This document shows positions 30,780 through 40,056 of a DNA stretch of 64,000 bases, one piece after another. Numbering within the stretch: the first letter of the stretch is position 1; each line of letters starts with the position of its first letter. The stretch covers positions 864,001 through 928,000 of the forward strand of contig CALSNU010000001.1 of NCBI GenBank assembly GCA_943787795.1. The letters are read 5' to 3'. A program made the translations under genes and the position numbers. Origin of the DNA: an uncultured bacterium. Lineage in GTDB: Bacteria > Planctomycetota > UBA1135 > GCA-002686595. Under the pieces are notes generated by a model. That model was not told the DNA's origin. It saw nothing but the letters and a program-made list of their open reading frames with translations, and searched no databases.

Positions 30780-32495
30780 GCGATCAGGACAACAGCGGCA
30801 GGAGGCCCAGTGATCCAAGCGGCAGCGAACAGAGCGGCAGCGAACAGAGCGGCAGTGAAGAGAGCGCAGTGATCAGAGCGGCAGCAACCAGCACCCCGAT
30901 GCCCTCTGGCTTGACTACCTCGAGGGAGACCTGAGCGAGTCCGGCATGGAGGCGCTGCGTCAGTCCTTCGAGTCTGACCCGGGCGCGCGGGCGGGCCGCG
31001 TCGAGACCCTGCGCCTCCACCGCGAGCTGGGGCTGGCGCTCTCGGGGACGGCACGGGAGCGCGCGGCTTCGTGGCGGCGACCATGGACCGCTTGCCTGCG
31101 GAGGTCGGCGGTCGGCGGCCGCTGCTCGCGCGAGCCGTGGCGATCGGGGCGGCGCTGGCCGCGACGCTGCTGGGCGCCCTCCTGATCGGCGGCTCAGGGG
31201 CAGAGCCGGCGCCGGTGCTCCGGGTGCTCGAGGCCGCAGGAGCCGTGGAGTGGGTCGCTGGCGGCGGACAGGCGGAGCCCCTCCCTGCGCCAGGGTCGGC
31301 GCTCCCCGGCGGCGTCCTCGCCCTCCGCGGCCCGGATGCCTGGGCGGAGCTCGCGTTCAACGATGGGTCGACCATCACCCTGACGGGGATCGCGAGGGCC
31401 ACGATCTCCGACGAGGGGCAGAAGGTCATCGCCCTGGACGGGGGCCGCTTGCTCGCGGAGGTCGCGCCGCAGGGGCAGCAACCTATGCTGGTGTTCACGG
31501 CGGCGGCGGAGATCGCAGTCCTCGGCACCCGCTTCAGGGTCCAGGCCTCCGAGGAGCGAGCGACCCTCGACGTGACCCAGGGGCGAGTTGAGATGCGCCG
31601 AAATGTGGACGGCCAGCGGGTGGAGGTCGCCGCCGGCGAGTTCGCGGTGGCCACCCCCTTCGCTGGGGACGCCTTCCACCCGCGGGTGAGGCCGGAACCC
31701 ACGGGGAGCTGGAGCGCCAGCCTCAGGGACGACCCGACCCAGGGCCGGTTCGTGATGGACCTCGAGGCGCTGAAGGCGGAGCTCTCCAGGGCCGTGGAGC
31801 GCGGCGAGCTGACCGAGGCGGAGGCACTGGAGCGCTTCCTCGCGGCGGACGGGGGCCTCGAGGCGGTGGCGCTCAGGAAGAAGGCCGCGCATTGGAGCAA
31901 GCGGGCGTTGAAGCTCGGGGGCAAGCGGGACCTGGAGGGTTACCCAAAGGGTTCCTCGAAGGGCTCCTCAGAGAGCTCCGCAGAGGGCTCTCCTGGGGGC
32001 TCTCCTGGGGGCTCTCCTGGGGGCTCCCCGGAAGGCGCGGCCGAGAATGAGGCCAAGAAGGGCGGTGCTTGGGGGAGCCTGGTCGCCGCCGGGCCGGTCT
32101 CCGCGGGCGGGGACAGCGCGCCGGTGCTCCTGACGAACGACTCCAGGGTCCTGGTCACCGGGTGGGTCGCGCGTCCCACGAGGCTGACGATCGGGCTGAC
32201 GCTGGCCCAAGCGGACCGCAGGTACGCTGGCAAGGTGAGCTTCACCTCCGACGTCTTGCCTGGCGGCGCCTTCTTCGAGCTGGATCTGCTCGGCGCGGAC
32301 TTCGCGCCCCTCGCGCGGTCCAAGGGCGGACTCCGTGCCAGGGACAAGGGGCCATCCACCGTCGCTGGCGGCACCTTCAGGGGCCAAGCTTCAGGGAGCA
32401 TCATCGAGGACTGGTGGTGCGTCGGTCACGCCCTCGAGTCCGGCCTGAAGATCCGCCAGGTGGAGATTCAGCCCGGCGAAAGTACGACCCGGTGA
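30776..32495 (+). CDS. FecR-domain anti-sigma factor, frameshifts ~30890 and ~31060
   Basis: GTG overlaps the sigma stop (GTGA). Segments 'DYLEGDL', a TM helix, and FecR motifs 'FNDGSTITL', 'VLGTRF' and 'VTQGRV'. Confidence 0.8.
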
Positions 32496-32655
32496 AAGTG
32501 CGACCCGGTGAAGGTACAGCCCGTGCCGATCCAACCTGGCTCAGTCCAGCCCGATCCCGTCCATCCCAGCTCACCCGCCAACCGTCCGATCTCGCCACCA
32601 TCTGCTGACTTCTCCTGACCTCCTTGAGCCGACCTCTTGGCCCATCGACCACACC

Positions 32656-33351
32656 ATGAAACTCCCCATCCTCCTGTCTGCCGCCGCGCTCACCATCAGT
32701 GGGCTCGCCCTTCTCACCAACCTCAACTCCAGCCCCGAAGGGGCCCGCGTTGAGCCCACCGTCAAGAACGACACGGGGCTCAACCAGGTCAGGGATGAGA
32801 TCGCGGCGCTGCGCGGCGAGCTGAATGACCTGTCTGGACGCCTTGAGGTGCTGGCGAGTCGCCCGGTCGCGCCGTCTCGGATACCCGCAGGCGACCTCGT
32901 GGAGCAGTCGGACATCGACGCGCTCAGGGCCGAGCTCCTGGCGGAGCTCACGACGAGCGGGTCGAGCCCCGGAGGCAAGGCTGCAGCCGCCGAGGGTCTC
33001 AAGAACGACGTCGCGGCGGCCCTTGAGGAGGTCCGCGCCGCCGAGCGGGCGGCCAGGGCCGAGGCCAAGGGAGCCGCGGCCACGGCGAAGCTCGACACCC
33101 AGATGCCGGAGTACCAGCAGCAGCTCGGCCTCACGAACGCCCAGACGGATGGGCTCCGGGGCGTGATCGAGGCCCGCAACGAGCGGGTCGCGGAGATGAT
33201 GCGGCTGTGGGAGTCGGGCGACCGCGCGGCCGCGGGCGAGCTCAAGGGCAACGAGGCCGAGACGTATCAGGCCGAGCTGCAGGGCGTGCTCAACCAGCAG
33301 CAGGTCGAGCAGTTCAACGCCATGGGCGGCGGTCGCCGCGGCGGTAAGTAG
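32656..33351 (+). CDS. Hypothetical exported coiled-coil protein with LTxxQ-like helical C-terminus
   Basis: Signal/TM segment; 'LGLTNAQ' and 'LNQQQVEQF'. Confidence 0.7.
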   Translation: MKLPILLSAAALTISGLALLTNLNSSPEGARVEPTVKNDTGLNQVRDEIAALRGELNDLSGRLEVLASRPVAPSRIPAGDLVEQSDIDALRAELLAELTTSGSSPGGKAAAAEGLKNDVAAALEEVRAAERAARAEAKGAAATAKLDTQMPEYQQQLGLTNAQTDGLRGVIEARNERVAEMMRLWESGDRAAAGELKGNEAETYQAELQGVLNQQQVEQFNAMGGGRRGGK

Positions 33352-33393
33352 GGAGGCGAGGCCAAGGGAGGGGCGGTGCCCTATGGTGGGCCC

Positions 33394-34377
33394 ATGACCC
33401 CCAAGCTCGCCGCCCTGCTCCTCGCCCTCGCCGGATCGCCGCTGCTCCTCTCCCTCCACGGGCCCGCGGCCCCGGCGCCGGATCCTCAGGAGGGGCGGCA
33501 GAAGCTCCACGTCTTCCTGCTCGCGGGGCAGTCCAACATGGAGGGCCAGGCCGTGGTCGATCTCGATCACGAGGAGCACTACAACGGCGGCCGAGGCACC
33601 CTCGCCAAGCTCCTGGAGGCCCCCGAGTTCAAGGAGCGCTGGGGCTGGGTCCGAGGGGATGACGGGGCCTGGAGCGAGCGCAGTGACGTCGGGGTCTGGT
33701 ATCGCACCCCCCACGAGGAGAAGAAGGGGCCGCTGTCCATCGGCTACGCCGTCTACGGCGGGCGCCATCACTTCGGGCCGGAGCTCGCGCTCGGCAAGGT
33801 GCTGGGGGATCGGTTCGAGGGACCCGTGCTCCTGGTCAAGGCGTGCTGGGGCGGGAAGAGCCTGCACGTGGACTTCCGTCCGCCGTCCGCCGGCGGGGAG
33901 GTGGGGCCCTACTACGAGCGCATCTTCGAGGAGCTCGATGCGGCGCTCCAAGGCGTCGGCGAGGCCTTCCCCGAGTGGAAGGACCTCGAGCCCCAGCTGG
34001 AGGGGTTGTTCTGGTTCCAGGGTTGGAACGACGGGTGCGATGGCGAGGCCACGCGGGACTACGCGGGCAACCTGGAGCAGCTGGTAGGGGACGTCCGCGA
34101 GCGCCTCGGGGACCGCAAGCTGCCGGTGGTCGTGGGGGAGACCGGCAACATGAACAACCCCGCCCTGCACAAGGCTCAGGCCGCGGGGACGAGAGCCGCG
34201 CGACGGCGAGGGCCGGCGGCCTTCGTGGAGACCCGGGCGTTCCTGCGTGAGGCGAAGGACTCTCCGAACACAGGTCACGGCCATCACTGGTTTGGCAACG
34301 CGGAGAGCTACCTGCTGGTGGGCGATGCCATGGGCGCAGCCATGGTCGAGCTCCTCCCCGGGCCGAGTCGCCGTTGA
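33394..34377 (+). CDS. Sialate O-acetylesterase (SASA/DUF303) family protein
   Basis: Motifs LAGQSNMEG, FGPEL, WFQGWND and HHWFGNAESY. Confidence 0.88.
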   Translation: MTPKLAALLLALAGSPLLLSLHGPAAPAPDPQEGRQKLHVFLLAGQSNMEGQAVVDLDHEEHYNGGRGTLAKLLEAPEFKERWGWVRGDDGAWSERSDVGVWYRTPHEEKKGPLSIGYAVYGGRHHFGPELALGKVLGDRFEGPVLLVKACWGGKSLHVDFRPPSAGGEVGPYYERIFEELDAALQGVGEAFPEWKDLEPQLEGLFWFQGWNDGCDGEATRDYAGNLEQLVGDVRERLGDRKLPVVVGETGNMNNPALHKAQAAGTRAARRRGPAAFVETRAFLREAKDSPNTGHGHHWFGNAESYLLVGDAMGAAMVELLPGPSRR

Positions 34378-34418
34378 CAGGTCCGGCGCTCGGGGCCTGA
34401 TCGAGGTACCCTTCGACC

Positions 34419-34871
34419 ATGGCGGACGGTTTCGAAGGCGATGGGTGGAGCATGCTCGGCCCCGAGGGCTGGGACATGGCCTCCGAGGACGGAGCGGTCA
34501 TGTTCACCTCGGAGGGCGGGGGGTGCCTGCAGATGCAGGGCCACCGCAAGGAGGACGGGGACGTGAACGACGACGACCTTGACGAGGTCGCGAATGACCA
34601 CCTGGAGGCCGGCGCGCCCGTTCGGGACGTACGCCTCGGTGACTTCGTCGGCTTCGAGGTCGACTACGACGCCGGGGAGCTGAGCTGCAGGGAGTGGTTC
34701 CTGCGCAGCGGGCCGGTGCTGCTCTTCGGGACCTTGGTTCGCCCGGTCGAGCGGCGAGGCGCTGAGGATGAGGCCGTGGAGCTGGCCCTGGTCTCGCTGC
34801 GTGTCGACGCCGCGGACGCTGCTCGAGAGGGGGCCCCGCCGAGGCGTCATCGGGCTCGCCGCCGCCGCTGA
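34419..34871 (+). CDS. Hypothetical acidic protein
   Basis: Composition looks coding; TACCCT lies 6 nt before the ATG. Confidence 0.55.
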   Translation: MADGFEGDGWSMLGPEGWDMASEDGAVMFTSEGGGCLQMQGHRKEDGDVNDDDLDEVANDHLEAGAPVRDVRLGDFVGFEVDYDAGELSCREWFLRSGPVLLFGTLVRPVERRGAEDEAVELALVSLRVDAADAAREGAPPRRHRARRRR

Positions 34872-35006
34872 GTGGCGCTGCGTCGCAGTGCTATCCGGCT
34901 TTGTGTCAGATGGTCGCGGGAGGGTCCCGATCTGGATCATCCCCTGCGGGGAAGCCGCATGGCTCGATCCTGGGGGCGGCTGCAGAACGGGGGTACTATT
35001 TGAGGT

Positions 35007-36649
35007 ATGCGCTTCCCCATCGCCTCCATCTCGCTCGCCTTGATCGCTCCCGCTGTCGCCGCGGCGCAGTCACTACCTGCCCCGCCCTTCCCGCCAGAGA
35101 ACCCGATCACAGAGCCCAAGCGTATCCTCGGGAAGGCTCTCTTTTGGGACGAGCAGCTTTCCTCCGATAACACGATCGCCTGCGGAACGTGTCACATCCC
35201 GAGCGCGGGCGGCTCCGATCCGCGCGTGGACATGGGGAGCCGACACCCCGGACTCAACGGTGTCTACGGTGACTCTGACGACCGCTTCGCCTCGGCCGGT
35301 GTTCGGCTCGCGGACGCCAGCGGCAACCTGACGCCTGACGCCTCCTTCGGGTTCTCCCCCCAGGTGACCGGTCGGCGCTCGCCGTCGCCCATCGGCGCCG
35401 CGTTCTTCGACGAGCTCTTCTGGGACGGCCGCGCCACCTCGACGTTCATCAACCCCGAGACCGGTCAGGTCAGCATCCCGAGCGGTGGCGCGCTCGAGTC
35501 CCAGGCGGTGGGCCCGATCCTCTCCTTCGTGGAGATGGCCGATGAGGGCCGCACCTGGGCCGACGTGAGAGCCAAGCTCGAGCAGGTCCAGCCCCTGGCG
35601 CTCGCTGCCAACCTGAACCCCGACCTCGTCGCGGCGCTGGCGGTCGATCCCTCCTATCCAGAGCTGTTCGAGAGCGCCTTCGGGGACCCGGCGATCACCG
35701 CCGAGCGGATCGGCTTCGCGCTCGCCACCTACCAGCGGACGCTGCACCCCGACCAGACCCCCTGGGACCTCTACCAGAGCGGCAGTGCCCGGCTCGCTCA
35801 ACTCCACGGAGCTCCAGCGGCCTCAGCCAGTTCATGTCGGGGAGCCTGCGCTGCTCCCAGTGCCACACCCCGCCCCTCTTCTCGGACGGCACCTACCGCA
35901 ACATCGGCATCCGGGACATCGCGGAGGACAACGGGCGCCAGGGCGTCACGGGGAACTACTCGGACCGCGGCAAGTTCAAGGTGCCCACCCTTCGGAACGC
36001 CGACCTGCGCACGCGCTACTTCCACAACGGTGACCCCAACTGGGCCAACCTGTTCCTGGCGGTCTTCATCTACAACCAGGGCGCGGGCCCGTTCCTCGAC
36101 AACAAGGACCCGCTGGTCAACAACGTGTTCTTCTCGCCGGGCACCGCCTCCACCATCGAGGCGTTCATTCGCGGTGGGCTGACCGACCCCCGCGTGGCGG
36201 CGGAGCTTCCCCCCTTCGACCGCCCGCTGCTGCGGAGCGAGATGGGGCCGGCGGCCACCCTCGTGGGCTCCGGCCGGGCGGGGTCGGGCGGAAGTGAGCC
36301 CCAGATGCTCGCCTTCTCGCCCCCCAAGGTGGGCAACGGTCAGTTCCGCGTGGCGGTGACCGAGGCCCTCGGCGGGGCCCCCGCGATCCTCGCGCTCCGA
36401 GACCAAGCCCCCGGGGCTGGCGGCGGTGGCTCCCTCGGAGGCGTCATCAACCGCTCCCCGAGCCGCCTTGCTTTCCGGACCCAGCTCTCGGGCGTCGGCG
36501 TTGGCCAGGGCTTCGGCACCTGGAACACGGCCATCCCCGCGGACCCGGCCCTGGTTGGGAGTCAGTTCTGGATGCAGTGGAACGTCCGTGACGCCGCCGC
36601 GGTCGGCGGCGTGGCCCGCTCGAAGTGGGCCGAGGTCACCGTCTACTGA
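35007..36649 (+). CDS. Di-haem cytochrome c peroxidase (CCP/MauG family), frameshifts ~35785-35820
   Basis: Motifs LGKALFWD, CGTCH, LFWDGRA, CSQCH and FKVPTLRN, plus an extra C-terminal beta domain. Confidence 0.85.
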
Positions 36650-36791
36650 GCCGGGCTCCGGCGCCGCCAGGGTCGCTCTCTGAGTCGCTCTTGCGGTCGC
36701 CCCCTGGGTCGCCATGACCCGTCAACGACAGCGCCCGCGCTCCGAGTGGAGCGCGGGCGCTGTCGTTGATGGCGGGCTGGCGCGGCCGACG

Positions 36792-37502
36792 TCAGCCGGC
36801 CGGGTCGATGCCGCACTGGTTCTCGAGGGTGTTCCGCGTCGTGATCCCCAGCTGCGAGCGCGTCGCCAGCATCTTCGCCACGAGGTCCGGCGCCAGCGGC
36901 TCGAGCCCGCCCTTGGCCACGTGGGCGAGCCAGAGGATCTTGGCCGTGTGCTCGAGCATGTCGAGCTTCTTGTAGGCGTCCATCAGGTTCGTGCCCAGGG
37001 TCACCGACCCGTGGTTCTGCATCATCATCACGTCCGAGCAGCGGACGAGGTCGCGGATCGTCTCGGGGAGCTCAGGCGTCCCGGGCGTGCCAAACGGCGC
37101 GGTGGGGATGCCGCCGATGGTCACGATGATCTCGGGGATGATCGGGGTCTGCAGGTCCACGCCGGCGATGGTGAGCGCCACGGCGTGGGGGGGGTGCGCG
37201 TGGCAGATGGCCTTGCAGTCGGGCCGCTCCTGATAGCTGACCAGGTGGATGCCTACCTCGCTGGAGGGCTTGGGCCCGTCGTCGAGGGCGCGGCCGGTCA
37301 TGTCCACGTGGGCGATGTGAACGGGCTCGAGGAAGCCCTTCATGGCGCCGGTGGGCGTGATGAGGATCGTCCCGTCGCTCATCCGGGCGCTGATGTTCCC
37401 ATCGGCGCCCACGATGTAGTTGCGGTCGTAGGAGAGCTTGCCGACGCGGCAGATGCCGGTCCGAAGCCGTGACTCTTCCTCGCTCCAGGTACGGGCGCTC
37501 AT
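36792..37502 (-). CDS. Class II aldolase/adducin family (fuculose/rhamnulose-1-phosphate aldolase-like)
   Basis: Motifs DGNISAR, ITPTG, PSSE..IH, HAHP and NHG; ATG 37502 overlaps the upstream stop. Confidence 0.9.
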   Translation of the reverse strand: MSARTWSEEESRLRTGICRVGKLSYDRNYIVGADGNISARMSDGTILITPTGAMKGFLEPVHIAHVDMTGRALDDGPKPSSEVGIHLVSYQERPDCKAICHAHPPHAVALTIAGVDLQTPIIPEIIVTIGGIPTAPFGTPGTPELPETIRDLVRCSDVMMMQNHGSVTLGTNLMDAYKKLDMLEHTAKILWLAHVAKGGLEPLAPDLVAKMLATRSQLGITTRNTLENQCGIDPAG

Positions 37503-37807
37503 GCCTCGGCTCCGTGGTCGTAGACTCGCTCGCCCCCGAGCTCGACCTCGTCGACGAAGCCGACGATCAGGGTCTTCACTGGCGCGCCAGGCGCCTCGAG
37601 GATCTGTCTTCCGGCGTTGCCCTCGTCGATGACCAGGACGCGATCTCCCACGCCAGCGCCGACGGTATCGATGGCGATTCGCGGCTTCGGCCCGACGGCT
37701 GTACCGTCCGGCCGGACCGGGCGGACCACCAGGAGCTTGCGCCCGCCCAGGGCGGGGACCTGGACGGAGGGTGAGACCACGGTCCCGATGACCTCGGCGA
37801 GGATCAT
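37499..37807 (-). CDS. BMC vertex pentamer (EutN/CcmL, BMC-P)
   Basis: 'MILAEVIGTVVS...IAIDTVGAGVGDRVL...IVGFVD'. Confidence 0.92.
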   Translation of the reverse strand: MILAEVIGTVVSPSVQVPALGGRKLLVVRPVRPDGTAVGPKPRIAIDTVGAGVGDRVLVIDEGNAGRQILEAPGAPVKTLIVGFVDEVELGGERVYDHGAEA

Positions 37808-38193
37808 CGCTGGACCTCTTCTGCCTGGGGGTCGTCAGGCTCTTCCCAGACGGCAGGCTCTTCTCGGACGTCAGGCTCTTCCCGGGCGGCGGGCCGTCCC
37901 AGGGCGTCAAGGGGGAGCTCTTCGCCGTTCACGTCCGCCTGCTCGACGAAGCCCGTGATGGCCACGTCCACCGGGACGAAGGTCTCGTCCGGGAGCGCGA
38001 GGGCCGCCTCGCGCCCGTCGACGTAGTGGACGAGGTCGCCGGGGCCGACCGAGAGGGCGCAGGCCGCCACGAGCTGCTCGCCGGTGGGCCCCCCCGCCTC
38101 GTCGAGCGGCTCCAGGAGCTGGAGCTTCACGTCGTCCATCCCCTCGTAGCGGACGGTGGCGACCAGGCGACCTGTGACTCTGCCGAGGTACAT
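37804..38193 (-). CDS. BMC vertex pentamer (EutN/CcmL, BMC-P) with repetitive acidic tail
   Basis: ATG 38193 'MYLGRVTGRLVAT...GPGDLV...VPVDVAITGFVE'; tail REEPDV-REEPAV-WEEPDD. Confidence 0.88.
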   Translation of the reverse strand: MYLGRVTGRLVATVRYEGMDDVKLQLLEPLDEAGGPTGEQLVAACALSVGPGDLVHYVDGREAALALPDETFVPVDVAITGFVEQADVNGEELPLDALGRPAAREEPDVREEPAVWEEPDDPQAEEVQR

Positions 38194-38200
38194 GGCGTGC

Positions 38201-38497
38201 TCAGCTGCTCCACTTCTCGTAGACGTTCTCGCCGCCCACGTCCCAGGAGTCGACGATCGCCATGACGACAGCGTCGCAGGGCTTGTCCTTGGTGGTCGTG
38301 GTCTGTCGCGCGGAGGAGCCAGTCGCGTAGAGGACCAGGTCCCCGGTGCCGGCGCCGACCGAGTCCACGGCGACCACGTACTGGTCCTTGGGCTGATTGG
38401 AGTGGTCACGGACCTGGACCACGAGGAGCTTGAAGCTCTCGAGCTGCTCGTCCTTGCGGGACGAGACCACGCTCCCGACAACTTCTCCGATCAACAT
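38201..38497 (-). CDS. BMC vertex pentamer (EutN/CcmL, BMC-P)
   Basis: 'MLIGEVVGSVVSSRK...VAVDSVGAGTGDLVL..GSSAR..DAVVMAIVD'. Confidence 0.93.
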   Translation of the reverse strand: MLIGEVVGSVVSSRKDEQLESFKLLVVQVRDHSNQPKDQYVVAVDSVGAGTGDLVLYATGSSARQTTTTKDKPCDAVVMAIVDSWDVGGENVYEKWSS

Positions 38498-38528
38498 CTG
38501 GGTGCACCGATCAACATGGGGAATCCGC

Positions 38529-40001
38529 TCACTTGGGGTCGAGGTAGGTGATGACGGAGTCGCGCGAGAGCGACTCCTCGAGGAAGCGCCGCCGCAGCTC
38601 GCGGTGGACGTGCTGGCTCATGGTCTCCCAGGTGGGCGAGGGCAAGCGCTTGGAGAGCTGAGCCAGGACCACGCCGTTCTCCAGCCGGATCGGGCCGATG
38701 AGGGCCCCGTCGGGGCCGAGCTTGCCGCCTTGACGGTCGAGCTCGGCGAACGTGGCCTCGCGCAGGCCCTCGGGGACGCCGGGCGTTCCGCGGGTGAAGC
38801 GGCCCACGAGGCCGCCCTGCTCCCGCGTTGTGCGGTCCTCGCTGTGGATCTCGATGACCCGCGCGAAGTCCGCGGGTGCCTCGATCGCGGCGAGCATCTC
38901 GGCCATCTCGGCCTCGACCTTCGTGAAGGACGGGCGCAGCGGATCATCCTCGCGAGGGGAGGCGTTGCGGAAGCAGACGCGGACCTCGACCGACTCACCG
39001 AAGAGACCGTCAAAGTAGGCACGCTCTGCGGCGTAGACGGCCTTGAGGCTCTCGCCGTCATGGGCGCGGTCGACGGCCTCGTGGGCCAGGGCGGCGGCCC
39101 GGATCGCAGGGTCGCGCCGGACAGCCTCGATGGAGAGGCCGCGAGCGTCGAGGAGCTGCTCGTACGAGGCCCCCTTGTAGTTGGGGTCTGCCAGAGCCTC
39201 GGCGGAGCGTCGCTCGATCTCGCGGTCCAGAGCGGATTCGAGCCCCTCCGGAGTGACCTCGGGCATACGCGCGCGGACAGCGCGTTCGAGCAGGATCAGG
39301 TAGAGGGCGTTGCGCTTGTCCTTCGCATCGACCTGGTCGCGAAGGTGGGCGCCGAAGTCTTCGCGGGTGATGGTCACATCTCCTGAGACGCAGACGACCC
39401 CATCTGCCCACGGGTGCGCCTCTTCGCTGACGCCACGCTTGCGCAGCGCGGACTCAAGCCACAGCTGCTGCTGATCCGCGGTCAGGGGCGCGTCGTCGGC
39501 GAGGCCGAGGGCCTTGCGGGTGAGCGCCTCGTGGATCATGGCCAGGCGGAGGTACTCGCGGAACTCCTCCGGCGCGATGCCCCGGGCCGCGATGTCGGCG
39601 GCCAAGCCGTCCTCGGCACCGCCCTGCCGGGCCATGGCGTCGAGTTCGTCGAAGCGGGCTCGGAGTGCCTCGTCGGAGACTTCCAGCCCCTCGGCCCGCG
39701 CCATGGCGGCCAGGACCCGGAGCTCGAGGAGTTGCCCCAGGGCCTGCTTGCCGTTGGGGCTCCGTCCGTCCCGCCAGATGAGCACGTCGTCGAGCCGGGC
39801 GAAGGAGACCTCGCCGGCCGCGCCGTGGAGCGCCGCGCCTTCCTCGGCGAGGGGGCCGGCGACCCTTGCGGCGGGTTCATTGGGCCCGGCGGAGGATTCA
39901 CTGGACCCGGCGGCGGCGGGTGCGGCTCCGAGGAGCAGCGCCGCAGCGATAGGCGCCGCGAGGAACAGGACGGGCGAGAGGAGCGCTGAGAATCGGGACA
40001 T
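38529..40001 (-). CDS. Exported SurA/PpiC-type peptidyl-prolyl isomerase-like protein
   Basis: Signal peptide, SurA-like helical repeats, and a parvulin-like segment 'FARVIEIHSED...GGLVG...IGPIRLENG'. Confidence 0.65.
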   Translation of the reverse strand: MSRFSALLSPVLFLAAPIAAALLLGAAPAAAGSSESSAGPNEPAARVAGPLAEEGAALHGAAGEVSFARLDDVLIWRDGRSPNGKQALGQLLELRVLAAMARAEGLEVSDEALRARFDELDAMARQGGAEDGLAADIAARGIAPEEFREYLRLAMIHEALTRKALGLADDAPLTADQQQLWLESALRKRGVSEEAHPWADGVVCVSGDVTITREDFGAHLRDQVDAKDKRNALYLILLERAVRARMPEVTPEGLESALDREIERRSAEALADPNYKGASYEQLLDARGLSIEAVRRDPAIRAAALAHEAVDRAHDGESLKAVYAAERAYFDGLFGESVEVRVCFRNASPREDDPLRPSFTKVEAEMAEMLAAIEAPADFARVIEIHSEDRTTREQGGLVGRFTRGTPGVPEGLREATFAELDRQGGKLGPDGALIGPIRLENGVVLAQLSKRLPSPTWETMSQHVHRELRRRFLEESLSRDSVITYLDPK

Positions 40002-40056
40002 GACGCCTGAGAGCATAAGGCCCAGGCCCGTGCCTCGCCGCACCCGGTCGGCGCAC

